From contig CAWDSK010000002.1 of assembly GCA_963804995.1 (NCBI GenBank), forward strand, positions 512,001-576,000: a DNA stretch of 64,000 nucleotides. The letters are read 5' to 3'. A program made the position numbers and the translations under genes. Source of the stretch: an uncultured Acidobacteriota bacterium (GTDB taxonomy: Bacteria; Acidobacteriota; Terriglobia; UBA7540). The notes beneath the pieces are model-generated. The model did no database searches. It saw only the letters and a list, made by a program, of their open reading frames with translations, and was not told the origin of the DNA. Shown one piece after another: positions 19,141-30,514 of this stretch; position 1 is the stretch's first letter, and the number at the start of each line of letters is the position of its first letter.

Positions 19141-20052
19141 ATGAATTCACGCATTCATCGCCGCAAGTTTATGCAATCCGCTGGACTGGGGGCCCTGGCA
19201 GGGGCAGGGCTGGCGCTACCCCAGAAAACCGCCGAGGGTCAAACCCCAGCGACGCAGAAGCCCCGGCTGCTGGTGGGCTTGTGCGCCTACTCCTACCTCA
19301 AGTACCTCGACGCTGGAAAAATGACCATGGAGGAATTTATCCTCAAGGGCGTGGAGTTGGGCGTGAATGCCTTGGACATGACCACCTACTGGCTGAGGTC
19401 AACGGACTCTGATTACCTCTTATCCTTGCGCCATCTTGCCTTCAAGAACGGCTTGCCTTTTACGGGCGTGGCGTGCGGCCCTGACCTGCTCCAAGCCGAC
19501 AAAGACCTGCGCCGCCAAAATCTGGAGGAAGTCAAGACTTGGGTCGATCGCACGGACTTGCTGGGCGCCTCGCACTTGCGTGTCTTCGCGGGATTGCTTC
19601 CCGCCGGAGTAACTACGGCCCAGGGAATAGAGTGGACCGTGGAGTCCATGAAGGCGGCCTGCGACTACGCAGCCAAGAAGGGAATCACGCTCGGTGTTGA
19701 GACCCATGCGGGAGTCACGCAGAAAGCTGATGCCGCGCTCGAGATCATTCACCGTGTCGACTCCCCGTACGCGGGCATTACTCTCGACATCACCCATTTC
19801 CTTGGCGACTCCGACGAAGATATGTACAAACAAATCGAGGCCTGCATTCCTTACGCTACTCAAACGCACATTCGCGAGATTTTCGACAACGGGCATCCCA
19901 TCGACTTCGACCGCGTCTGGCAAATGTTCGCCAAGGCCGGCTACAAGGGATACATGTCGTTGGAGTACCAGGGCCGGGAAGACGTTATGGTCGCCGCACC
20001 CAGAATAGTTGAGCGGATGAAAACGTTGGGTAGGAAGTACTCGTCGGTTTAG
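19141..20052 (+). CDS. Tat-exported sugar phosphate isomerase/epimerase (xylose isomerase-like TIM barrel)
   Basis: HRRKFMQ twin-arginine signal; LGVETH, LDITH, SLEY metal motifs. Confidence 0.85.
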   Translation: MNSRIHRRKFMQSAGLGALAGAGLALPQKTAEGQTPATQKPRLLVGLCAYSYLKYLDAGKMTMEEFILKGVELGVNALDMTTYWLRSTDSDYLLSLRHLAFKNGLPFTGVACGPDLLQADKDLRRQNLEEVKTWVDRTDLLGASHLRVFAGLLPAGVTTAQGIEWTVESMKAACDYAAKKGITLGVETHAGVTQKADAALEIIHRVDSPYAGITLDITHFLGDSDEDMYKQIEACIPYATQTHIREIFDNGHPIDFDRVWQMFAKAGYKGYMSLEYQGREDVMVAAPRIVERMKTLGRKYSSV

Positions 20053-20079
20053 TGTTGACTGGCCGTGCGGGTATGACGA

Positions 20080-21321
20080 TCAACCCTGGCGGGCCTCAGA
20101 CAAAGCCGGTGTTTTGCGGTCTCTGAGCATCCTGCTCCCAAAGAAGGGCAAGCCCGAGAGCAAAACTGCTACTGCTACGACAAATCCGGGATAGTAAGAG
20201 TGCGTCGTGGCGATGAGCAGGCCGGTGGCGATGGGTGCAACGATGCCTGAGAGGTTTCCGCCAAAATTCATGAAGCCCGTCCACAACCCAACCTTATCGG
20301 ACGGCGCCACGCGCTGCAGCAAGGCGAGCATATTGCCGGTGGCAAGGCCCACCAACGCTGCCCCGCCTATCAACAGGATTGCACCCGTATCGTTCTCGAC
20401 GAGTCCGACCGGCAAGAACATCAGGCTGCTGAGAAATGCAGCCGTGATGACTACTTTGCGGCTGCGCATTTCGCTCCAGCCGAAGTGCACCAGGCGGTCC
20501 GCGATCCAGCCGCCCACAGGTTCAGCGGTCCCGTAAATCAGATAAGGGATGGCGGCGAAAGCGCCGGCTTTGCGCAGCGGCATGTGCCGCGACACCACCA
20601 AGTAGTCGGGCAGCCAAGTCACCAGGAGGTACCAGTAATAGCCGTAACAGAAATTCGCGCTGGATAACGCGAGAAGATTGCGGTCCATCCAATCGAAGGA
20701 TCGGCCGGGGTTGTGCCTGGTTGCCGGGGAAGGGGACTTGGTGTGCACGGGATAAACAAGCAGCCAGGGGACAATCCAGATCAGGCTCGCAAAACCCACC
20801 CAAAGGAAGGTGTTCTTCCAACCCAGGGCCACGACCAGCATGGCAATCAGCGGCGCCCCTATGGCCAGTCCGGTGCGGGTGCCGCAGTTGACCAGTCCGG
20901 AAGCCAGGCCGCGGTCCTTGGCATCGAAGAACAAGCTGACCGCCTTCATGCCGCCGGGCAAGTAGACCGACTCACCCACGCCCAGAATGACGCGCAGGAC
21001 GATCAAGATGCCCAGTGTGGAGGCAAACGCGGTAAAACCGCAAGCCAGTGACCATAGCGCGAACGCGCCCGCATAGAGCCAGCGCAGGTTGTAGCGATCG
21101 GATAACAACCCCATAGGCACTTGCATAAATGCGTATGACCAGAAAAAAGCAGAGAGCAACACCCCTTTGGCCGCCGGGCCCAGGTGCAGATCAAAGGCAA
21201 TCACAGGCAAGGCCACCGAGATGATGGCGCGGTCCAGATAGTTGATGAACCCGGATATGAACAACAGCCCCGTAATCGCCCAGCGCCGCGCGTTCGATAC
21301 CCCTGCACTGACACTGGTCAT
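20080..21321 (-). CDS. MFS transporter (ACS/hexuronate-like)
   Basis: INYLDR, LSAFFWSYA.MQ.P.G...DR, R..LGVGES, TWLP.YL; about 12 TM segments. Confidence 0.92.
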   Translation of the reverse strand: MTSVSAGVSNARRWAITGLLFISGFINYLDRAIISVALPVIAFDLHLGPAAKGVLLSAFFWSYAFMQVPMGLLSDRYNLRWLYAGAFALWSLACGFTAFASTLGILIVLRVILGVGESVYLPGGMKAVSLFFDAKDRGLASGLVNCGTRTGLAIGAPLIAMLVVALGWKNTFLWVGFASLIWIVPWLLVYPVHTKSPSPATRHNPGRSFDWMDRNLLALSSANFCYGYYWYLLVTWLPDYLVVSRHMPLRKAGAFAAIPYLIYGTAEPVGGWIADRLVHFGWSEMRSRKVVITAAFLSSLMFLPVGLVENDTGAILLIGGAALVGLATGNMLALLQRVAPSDKVGLWTGFMNFGGNLSGIVAPIATGLLIATTHSYYPGFVVAVAVLLSGLPFFGSRMLRDRKTPALSEARQG

Positions 21322-21589
21322 TCCCACACTCCGTGAACCCCCACACCACCGCCTGTCACGCGTGGGTCAGGCCTTCCCGTCACACTGGTTAAGGTGTTCC
21401 CCTTGCCATAGTGCCATGTTTAGCGCCGTCATGTTAGCTGAATCCCAGGTTACTCCGGAACATTTTCTCTTGCCCTGCTGGTCTTTTGGTTGTCGCAAGC
21501 CCCGGGCTTTTGATTGACCGCTCTCCCGCCGCCCATTTAACATTGTCGGTCCATACCATCTTTCAAGGGGCGCCACCAGGAGAGGACAT

Positions 21590-23686
21590 ATGCACCTCCG
21601 ATTTGCGGGAAGAATTCCGATTCCGTTCGTTGCTTTGATTGCGAGCCTGGCGGTGGCCGCTCCCCTCCTGGCGCAAGGACTCGTAACCAGCGACCTCTAC
21701 CTCTTCCGCTCGGTGAAAGAAGTGGCACTATCTCCCAACAATCAGCGGGTCGCTTACACCGTGACCATGTTCGATCGCCCCGGGCGGCCCTATTCGCAGG
21801 TTTGGATTATGGACCTCGCGAGCCACCGGAGCACACGCCTTGGTGAGGAGAAAGGGGCAAGCTCGGAACCGGTGTGGTCGCGGGATGCCAACTGGCTGGC
21901 CTACCTGGGCGGCGAGGGCGATCAGGCCGGGCTTTGGGTGGCGCGCGCGGATGGCTCCGGCGGCACATTTCTCGCGCCGTTGATGGGCTCGAACTCTCCT
22001 CTTCCCGACCAAGGCGCGGTGATCACCTGGTCACCCGACAGCAAGCAGATTGCCTTCGTCTCTTCGACCCCGGGGCCTGAGACGGCCGACGCCCAGGCCG
22101 ACCCTATGGTGATCACGCGCTATCTCTACAAGCCCACCGCGACGGAAGGCTTGACGCATTTCAATGACAATCGCCGATTGCACATCTTCGTGGCCGACGT
22201 TGCCACGCGGCAGGTTCGCCAGATCACTCGGGGGAGCACCGATGAACATTCCATCGACTGGTCGCCGGACGGCAGGGAGATCCTCTTCGTCTCCAACCAC
22301 GACCCTAACTCCGACGAATTCTTCAATTACGACGTTTTTGCCTTGAAGGTCGCGGATGGCAGTGTCCGACGCCTGACCGCCACGGAGAGTTGCGAGTATG
22401 CACCGCGTTGGTCGCCGGATGGAAAAAGCATCGTCTACGCCGGCACCAAGCGCGGGCTGACCGACCGCGAAACTACCATGGAAGATACGCACGTCTGGCT
22501 GATGGATTCTGACGGAAGCCATCGCCGCGAGATCGGCGCGGGGATCGATAACCGCCAGGGGCAGCCGCAGTGGTCACCGGAAGGCGATGCCGTCTATTTC
22601 ACGATGGAGGAACGCGGCAGTGTTCACTTGGTCCGCCTACCAATTTCGGAGTCCGCCTCAACGGGCGCGCCGCAGGTTGTGGTGGCTGCGCCTGGAACGG
22701 TCGGCGGGTGGTCGGCCGGCAAAGCAGGCTTGGTGGCCTATGCCCTCACCACTCCGCGGGACATGGCGGAGCTATATCTTCAGACGGGAGGCGTGCCTGC
22801 GCATAAGTTAACCGACTTGAACGCCGCGATTCTCGCGAACCAGAAAATCGCTGAGGTCGAGCCCTTCACGTTCATCAGTAACGATAACAAATACGAGGTT
22901 GAGGCGTTTCTGACCAAGCCGCAGGGTATCACCGAAGGGCTGCCGGATATGGCGCTCGCTGCCAAGCATCCACTCATTGTGAGCCTGCACGGCGGCCCTC
23001 ACGCGCAGAGCGGGCCGGCCTTCAACATCAAGAATCAGATTTATGCGGCACACGGTTGGGCGGTGTTGCAAGTGAACTATCGGGGGTCTACGGGCTATGG
23101 CCAAAAGTATGCGGACCCGGTTTTTGGCGACCAGGACGGAAACGAAGCCCAGGACGTCCTTTACGGGGTCAGTGCCGCCCTGCGCCGCTATCTGTGGCTC
23201 GACCGGGAGCGCATGGGCCTGGAAGGCACGAGCTACGGCGGCCAGTTGACCGAGTGGCTCATCACCCAGACGAATGAGTTCAAAGCTGCGGTGCCCATCC
23301 GAGCGATCGCCAATATCGTCAGTTATAACTACATGACCTATTACAACCAATATGAAGAGATGGAATTCGGCCAGTTCCTGCATCAGGGGAATTGGATGGA
23401 CTTCGCCTGGGAGCGCTCCGCTCTGAAGCACGTGGCGAACGTCCACACCCCCACTCTGATCCTGCACGGGGAGAGCGACGCGGACGTGCCGATTGCGGAG
23501 TCCGAGCAGTTCTTCATCGCGCTCAAGGACGTGGGTGTGGAAACCGTCTTCGTCCGCTATCCCCGCGAAGGGCACGGATTAAACGAGACCCGGCACTTGG
23601 CTGACTCGATCGACCGCAGCATGGCGTGGTATGAGAAGCATTTCCCCCACCCCGGCCAGGAAGGCGTGACCAACGTCCAACCGTGA
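21590..23686 (+). CDS. S9 family peptidase (acylaminoacyl/dipeptidyl peptidase) with WD40-like propeller
   Basis: Repeated WSPDG, HGGP, NYRGSTGYG, GTSYGG nucleophile, HGESD.DV, EGH. Confidence 0.93.
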   Translation: MHLRFAGRIPIPFVALIASLAVAAPLLAQGLVTSDLYLFRSVKEVALSPNNQRVAYTVTMFDRPGRPYSQVWIMDLASHRSTRLGEEKGASSEPVWSRDANWLAYLGGEGDQAGLWVARADGSGGTFLAPLMGSNSPLPDQGAVITWSPDSKQIAFVSSTPGPETADAQADPMVITRYLYKPTATEGLTHFNDNRRLHIFVADVATRQVRQITRGSTDEHSIDWSPDGREILFVSNHDPNSDEFFNYDVFALKVADGSVRRLTATESCEYAPRWSPDGKSIVYAGTKRGLTDRETTMEDTHVWLMDSDGSHRREIGAGIDNRQGQPQWSPEGDAVYFTMEERGSVHLVRLPISESASTGAPQVVVAAPGTVGGWSAGKAGLVAYALTTPRDMAELYLQTGGVPAHKLTDLNAAILANQKIAEVEPFTFISNDNKYEVEAFLTKPQGITEGLPDMALAAKHPLIVSLHGGPHAQSGPAFNIKNQIYAAHGWAVLQVNYRGSTGYGQKYADPVFGDQDGNEAQDVLYGVSAALRRYLWLDRERMGLEGTSYGGQLTEWLITQTNEFKAAVPIRAIANIVSYNYMTYYNQYEEMEFGQFLHQGNWMDFAWERSALKHVANVHTPTLILHGESDADVPIAESEQFFIALKDVGVETVFVRYPREGHGLNETRHLADSIDRSMAWYEKHFPHPGQEGVTNVQP

Positions 23687-23868
23687 AGGCGCGGAGGAGG
23701 TTGATGAGGCACATGCACCATGGAAAGGCGCAGCCTTTGTCACCGCGGCGACCAGAGCCGCAGGTCGCTACATGTCCATATGAGAGTGGTTTGGACAACC
23801 CTGTTCCGGAACCGCCCCTACAATACATGAAATACCGGCCCGCTAGCCGCGCCCCCAGGCACCGACCC

Positions 23869-24999
23869 TCAGTAACCCGTAACCCCGGCTTTGTGGTAGA
23901 ACTCTCTGACGCCCTGGTATTCCTCGTGCAGCTCCACCAGGCCCAGGCCGCGCAGCATCTGGCGGATCGTCATATGCGGGTCATTCGACCAGAACATCCC
24001 GCATTCTTCGTCCTGGTAATAACGGTAGCCCACTTTATCGCCGTAAAGCTTCGTGAGGGCTTCACCCCTTTGCAGGGTCCGACTGTACCCGACGATGGCG
24101 TAGCTCAGGTTGAGCTCCTGCACCAGGATGTTGTCTTCAGGAGGGTTGATGTTACCCACCTTGACTTTATCATCCCGCATGGCCCAGGTTACTTGAGAGA
24201 CGATTTTGCCGGTGGGTTCGAAGATGGAAGCGTTGTTGTGCCAGGTGCTGGAGACGATGTAGTAGTGATTATGTTTGGCACGACAGGCCGGCTGGGAAGT
24301 CTGGGGAGATTGGCTTGGCCAGGCCACAATCTCAGCCCCTTTGCGGGCCAGTTCCCCCCAACCGTAATCAAAATCCATGTCGTAGCAAATCTGCATCCCC
24401 AGCTTGCCGAAATCACACTGGAAGACGGGTACTTCCTTCCCGGAAGTGCAGCCATGTTCCATGGAGCCGGTTTTGGTATCGACCACGAGCTGCACCTTGC
24501 GATAAATGCCCACGACCTTTCCCGTCCGGTCAAAAAGAATCGCGGCATTGGAATATCGGTTGGCAGCCCGATCCTCCTGGAGGTAAGTGGTCGCGATAAT
24601 GTAGCAATGGCACTTGCGCGCCTCGCGAGCGAAGGTGTCCTGGAGTTGACCTTCCAGTGGATACGACCAACTCGCCACGGTCCCTTTGTCCTCGCCTTGA
24701 CCGGTGACGGCTACTTCCGGCAGCACCGCCAGATCCAAACCGCGGCCATACTTCTTCTCGGACTGCGCCTGCATGCGGTCGACGATTGCCATCAGTTGCT
24801 CCAGGCGTTTTTCGAGGCCCGGATATTTCCCCCAGAAGGGTTGCATGACGGTGCCGACGATGACCTTGCGGGGCGGTTGGTCCGAGGTGCTCTTCACGGG
24901 AATGTCTGCCCCCGCGGCGCAGAGTGTCAGCAAGCACCCCAGGAACCCCATCACTAACTTGACGAGTATGCGTGTTGGAATTAGGCGTTTTGTTATCAC
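23869..24999 (-). CDS. Secreted carbon-nitrogen hydrolase (nitrilase superfamily)
   Basis: DLAVLPE, YRK, QICYD catalytic E-K-C triad; GTG start with GGAGG (start uncertain). Confidence 0.87.
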   Translation of the reverse strand: MITKRLIPTRILVKLVMGFLGCLLTLCAAGADIPVKSTSDQPPRKVIVGTVMQPFWGKYPGLEKRLEQLMAIVDRMQAQSEKKYGRGLDLAVLPEVAVTGQGEDKGTVASWSYPLEGQLQDTFAREARKCHCYIIATTYLQEDRAANRYSNAAILFDRTGKVVGIYRKVQLVVDTKTGSMEHGCTSGKEVPVFQCDFGKLGMQICYDMDFDYGWGELARKGAEIVAWPSQSPQTSQPACRAKHNHYYIVSSTWHNNASIFEPTGKIVSQVTWAMRDDKVKVGNINPPEDNILVQELNLSYAIVGYSRTLQRGEALTKLYGDKVGYRYYQDEECGMFWSNDPHMTIRQMLRGLGLVELHEEYQGVREFYHKAGVTGY

Positions 25000-25145
25000 A
25001 ATCCCTCCGTTGCGGAATGATCCGGCAGGTAGCCACGATATCGCCAAGCCCGAACATCCGCCAGTTTTAACGGTACCAGTCCTGACCGTGCGATTTTCTC
25101 ATGCCTGGGGTCCGGCAGCAACACGCCGTCGTTAATCAGTGGGCG

Positions 25146-25174
25146 TTGACAATGCAGCAGTGTTAAGGTAGCGT
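25146..25174 (+). promoter_or_regulatory. sigma70-like promoter of the TonB receptor gene
   Basis: TTGACA-17 nt-TAGCGT, ~50 bp before the ATG, which is preceded by AAGGAG. Confidence 0.55.
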
Positions 25175-25224
25175 CATCTGCGAATTTGGTAAGGGCCGAA
25201 GGCCATAGACGTAAGGAGATTATC

Positions 25225-28200
25225 ATGCGACGAATTCTATATCTAGTGTGTGTAGCCTTCCTCTGCGCCCTGAGCGCGCACGGCCAGGAGGCGGCGCTCA
25301 CCGGCTTAATCACTGACGCCTCAGGCGCCGTGGTACCGCAGGCTACGGTCTTGCTGCGCAACCAGGATACTAGTGCCCAATATCAGACGGACTCCAATGG
25401 CGCCGGCGTCTACACTTTCCCGTTCGTGAAGCCCGGGCCCTACGAGATTAACGTCGAGAAATCCGGGTTCAAGAAGGCAACCCGAACAGGTATCAAGCTG
25501 GAACGTCTCGCAGAATGCCCGAATTGACATTGCCTTGGAAGTAGGGCAGACAACCCAGGTCGTGGAGGTAACGGGGAGCGCTCCTGTGGTTAACACGACG
25601 GACGCGACCGTTTCGCAGGTCATTACCGGAAAGCAGATTGTGGACCTCAACCTGAACGGCCGGAACTACGAAGCCCTGGTCATCCTGACCCCCGGTTCCT
25701 CTCCTGATAATCCCTCAGGTTCGCAAGTGAGGAGCGGCATTGGGTTTAACCCTACTGAAGCTGGTGGGAACTCCGTTGTTTCGGTATCGTTCAATGGCAA
25801 TCGGTTAGGAGCCAACACTTTCGCCATTGACGGCATGGACACGGCCGATGATAGTGGGGGAGGCTGGTCAACGGTGGTCGTTCCGGACGTTGACTCCATC
25901 TCCGAGTTCCGAATCTCCACTTCGAACTATGGCGCTGACGTTGGGAAACGCGGCTCCGCCTTCACCGAGATCGCAACTAAATCCGGGACCAAGGACTTTC
26001 ATGGCACCGCCTTCGAATTCGCACGCAACGAAGCCATGAACGCCAACCCTTGGTTTGCCAACCAGGTGCCCTGGAGCGGCTTACCGGCATCGGACTGCGG
26101 CGGGAATCCTGCCGGACCCTGTAATGCTCCCAAAGCCGCCCTGAAATTAAATGATTTCGGCTACAACTTTGGTGGGCCCTTCTACATTCCCGGCCACTAC
26201 AACACCGACAAATCCAAGACCTTCTTTTTCTGGACGCAGAGTTGGGGCCGGTATCGAACCGGGACCGTCTTGAACGCGACTGCGCCCACAGTCCGCATGC
26301 GCAGCGGCGACTTCAGCGAGTGCGACCCCGCGTCAAACAACTTCAACGCCATTGCTGCCTCCAACTGCACGTTGCCGATTAACAATGCTACCGGACTGAC
26401 TTTCCCTGGGGACATGGTCCCCGTTAACCCCAACGCGGCGACGCTGCTCAATGCGTTCGTGCCTTTGCCCAATAGTGGCCCGGTGGGCTGGGAGTCCGCC
26501 CCGGACCTGCCCTCGAACTCCCGCCAGGAGAGTCTGCGCGTCGACCAGAACATTAGCGACAAGACCACCCTCTTTGTCCGCTTGACTCAGGAGGCTTGGA
26601 ACCAAGAGATTATTCCCACGCTATGGTCATCCTCCGTTTTTGACACGGTCCAGACCCATCACGCGCTTCCTGCCAAAAACGCTGTGATACACCTGACCCA
26701 CAACTTCAAGCCCAACCTGATGAACGAGTTTGTCATGGGGTTCGTGAATGACATTCAGAGTGAAAGCGACTCGGTCGGTCCAGGATCCATATCCGGCTCA
26801 ATCACCAAGCCCTCTTCGTGGACCGGCGGTACGATTTTTGCCGTGAATCGGAAATACTCGGCTCTCCCCGGCATCACAGTTGGCGGCGGTACGCCATTTA
26901 GCTTTTCGGAGGATCCTGCTCCTTGGGGAGTTCCCGGCCTCGGCAATTTCTCCTCTACATTCTCTGCGGCTGATACGCTGGTCTACATGGTGAGGAAGCA
27001 CACCTTAAAAATGGGGCTCTCCTTCGTGGACACTCACGCTGACGGCGCACTCGCGTCGGCCAACCCGGAGGGCAAATACACGTTCCAAGCCCATTCACCG
27101 ACCTCCACGGGTAATGCCCTGGCTGACATGTACCTAGGCATCATCGACAGCTATCAAGAGGGCGCGTATGGTCCGGGTGGTGCGCCGATTAATGGGGTGG
27201 GTTGGAATCGCTCGCGACGACATGACTTCGAACCCTTTATTCAGGATGACTGGAAGGTGGACCGGAGATTAACCCTGAATCTCGGTCTGCGCTACTATTA
27301 CTATACGCCCCAAAGCGATGTATCGAAACCTTCCAACGACGCCGACTTCTTCCCGCAACTTTACAATCCCGCGGCGCAAGCCCAGCTCAATTCCGCCGGC
27401 AACATTGTCGCCGGCACGGGCTACAACTACTCTGAGATTGGGAATGGGCTGGTGAGATGCGCGTCAGGGGGGATCCCGCGGGGATGCCGAAACCAGCCTG
27501 CCGACTTGTTCGCCCCGCGATTTGGGTTTGCTTATGATCCCACGGGGAGCGGTAAGACCTCGATCCGTGGCGGGTACGGCATCTTCTACGATCTCGGCAA
27601 CGGCGAGGGCCAGTCTCAGAACGCTGCGGGGAGCCCTCCGAATACCTTCAACACCACCGGCTACAACATCGTGGGATACCAGAACGTTGTTCCCGGTCCG
27701 CTGCCACCCGGCTCCCTGACGGCTTGGCCCGAAAATGGTCCGTGGATGGGTGTTCAGCAGTACAACCTGACCCTCGAACACGAGTTCCCAGCCCATAACT
27801 TTGTGAGCATTGGATATGTGGGGACTTTGGGACGCCACTTGAGCCGCAATCATGGCCTCAATCAGGTTCCCAACGGGGAAGGGATCGTCAACGTTCCCGA
27901 GTTGGCCGGGGCCCCGGGCTGCGACGCCTTCGGCAACTGCAATGTCCAAAACGCCCTGATCAATTCGGAAGAGCCGGCCCTCTTCTTTGCCCCGTATCGC
28001 GGATATAACGGGATTACCACCAACGAGCTCTCCGGATCCTCACACTACAACTCGCTGCAAGCGACGTACCGGCATCCCGTCGGGCATGGCCTCAATTACC
28101 AGCTTGCTTACACGTATGCGCATGCCATTGACAACGCGAGCCTATCAGCCTCCTATGGCGTGGACGACACCAACCTGGATCGCTGGACCGGCAATTCGGA

Positions 28201-28834
28201 CTTTAACCGCACCCAAAGCTTGCAGGCGAGTTACATCTACGACTTGCCTTTTTTCAAGAACAATCCCAATCACCTCGTGAAGAACGCCTTGGGGGGATGG
28301 CAGTTAAGTGGAATAACCAGCTTCTACACCGGATTACCTGTGGACTTCAATTGCGGAGGGACGGGCCTGGCGAGCGGCATCGGTCAGGGCATGCGCTGCA
28401 ACACGAGTGGGCCGCTCAAAATCCAGAAAGGCGTCACGAACGACCCTGTGTACGGGCCGGTGCCCACATGGTTTAACCCGGCGGCGCTTCAGCAGCCTTT
28501 GGCGTCGCAGTATTTTTCCAATGGGGAAGCGGGGATGTTCGGCTATATGGGACGGAACGTTCTGATTGGGCCGGGCCGGAATAACTGGGACTTGGGCTTG
28601 CACAAGAATTTTCAGACGCCCTGGTTCGGAGGCGAACACGCTTCTCTTCAAGTTCGCCTCGAAACCTACAATACCTTCAACCATCCGCAGTGGGATTCCG
28701 TTATCGCCTACTGCGGGGGTAATACCCCGGCGGGAACTGCGTGCAGCGGCACCGCCAACAACCTTGGGAATGGTGAGGTTAATGGCACTTGGAACCCCCG
28801 TAACATCCAATTGGGTATGAAGTTCCTCTTCTAG
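25225..28834 (+). CDS. TonB-dependent receptor (Oar-like, carboxypeptidase regulatory-like N-domain), +1 frameshift at ~25502
   Basis: LTGLITDASGAVVPQATV, LNGRNY..L, TKSGT..FHG, QDDWKV..LTLNLGLRY, FAPRFGFAYD, C-terminal PRNIQLGMKFLF. Confidence 0.92.
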
Positions 28835-29071
28835 ACCGATGGCTCTTGCTTCAGCCCTTTAGCGCAACGCCGGTGGCACCCGCCACCGGCGTTTTCATCA
28901 GCCGGGGCGGGCCGGGCCTACGCCCACCGAAGGGTTACCTGGGAGCCGTAAACAACTTCGGCTTCGGCCCGCAGGCGGGTGAGGGGGTTACCCAGTAAGG
29001 AATCGAGGATCAAGTAAGGGCGCTTCGCGAACCGCCCCTACAGTACGTAAACCCCCCGCCGGCCCCTACCC

Positions 29072-30133
29072 TCACTTTGAATCCGGCGGGAGAGTGTAAT
29101 ACTGGTACGACACCTCCCAGGTAAATTCACGGCCGGGTTCGATGGTCATCGCGACGAAAGGCTCTATGGCCAGCACGCTGCGAATCGACCACAGATTCAG
29201 GTGCGAGAGCGGACGATTTCCGCGGATGAGCATGCCGGCGCCCACGTGGCGGTTCTCGATGCGGATCTCGTTGTCTTTGGGACTGTTGCCATACCCCAGC
29301 ATGGGAGTGCTCACCACATCCTTATTCGCGAGCGTCTGCAAGTAGACCACCTGGTTGCCACGAATCTCCGCCAGGTCTTTGTGGGGCGGCTCCGGGGAAT
29401 GAATCTGGAAGGGAACCGTGAGGGAGAAATCGGGACCGGGCGGCTGGTGGTCAAGCACCAGGAAATTGTGATTGTAGACGCTGCTGTGGATGGTGAGGCG
29501 GCCGGTGTTCTTCAAGGTGTGCTCCAACACCATCTCCGGCTTGCCGGGAATGAGGCGCACGGTCTTGTGATAAACGTAACCGTAGCCAGTGGCCGGGTCG
29601 GTCAACTCCTGGGTGAAGTCAACGGAATCCGGATGCGTTTTGACGCTCCATTTGCCCGGGTCAACAATCTCGTACTGCTTGACGTAATCGTATTTTGCGC
29701 TGACTTTGCGCAGCACTCCCACTCCGATCTTGATGAAAGTGCCGCCCACCTTGGCCTCGTCGAATCCGAGTGCGCTCTGGTTGGTATCAAACTCTTCGAC
29801 AGGACCGGGGATACCGGAACAAGTTGAGGCGACGATTTCCGCACCCTCGTACTCGAAGTCATTGACCCGTGGATCGACGCGGCTATACCAGGGCCCGTAA
29901 TAGTTGTGACCCTTGTACTCGAGTGCGGCAACGACTCCTGACCAATCGAAGCGCGTTCCTCGATAGTATCCCTTACGGGCATCGGGCAGATAAAGTTTAG
30001 CCCGAAGCGGGCCGTTAGTAATTTCCGCCTGCGGCACGTCCGCTTCCGGCGCGTCCCAACTAGCCGCCAAGCCCAATACCACGGTCAGGGCCAGCACCGC
30101 CGTCGATCCGATTGCAAAAAGTGAGTTCATCAT
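29072..30133 (-). CDS. Secreted hypothetical protein, probably galactose mutarotase-like fold
   Basis: Signal peptide; YYRGTRFDWSG, YNHNF, IEPF motifs. Confidence 0.65.
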   Translation of the reverse strand: MMNSLFAIGSTAVLALTVVLGLAASWDAPEADVPQAEITNGPLRAKLYLPDARKGYYRGTRFDWSGVVAALEYKGHNYYGPWYSRVDPRVNDFEYEGAEIVASTCSGIPGPVEEFDTNQSALGFDEAKVGGTFIKIGVGVLRKVSAKYDYVKQYEIVDPGKWSVKTHPDSVDFTQELTDPATGYGYVYHKTVRLIPGKPEMVLEHTLKNTGRLTIHSSVYNHNFLVLDHQPPGPDFSLTVPFQIHSPEPPHKDLAEIRGNQVVYLQTLANKDVVSTPMLGYGNSPKDNEIRIENRHVGAGMLIRGNRPLSHLNLWSIRSVLAIEPFVAMTIEPGREFTWEVSYQYYTLPPDSK

Positions 30134-30514
30134 TTTTGACCTTCCGTTCTTGAGGGTTGATTGCCACTTGCCAATCATTGTCTCCTGGCAGCCAGTGTTT
30201 TAACACAAGTTGCGGGTACTTTTATAGCTGGGACTTCGCACCATGCCCAACCTCTTCGTAGCGCGGTCCCCCGGTTTTGGGGTCCGCGGTTCTTAGTTTG
30301 GAAAACCCAACAATCACTATCCCCGGCGGTTGTGCCATGCCACCCTACGTGCGCAGAACCTTGGAGCCTCATTGAAACTCCTGTAATATGACTCCGCAAG
30401 GGGCGGGTTGGGAATCGCAAATAATGAGTTGCACCAAGACGACAAAGCCCCAGGACTCCGGCCGGCCTGTGCCGGGATAGCCTGCCCTGCTCATCCCGAT
30501 TGCCAGGGGAAAGG

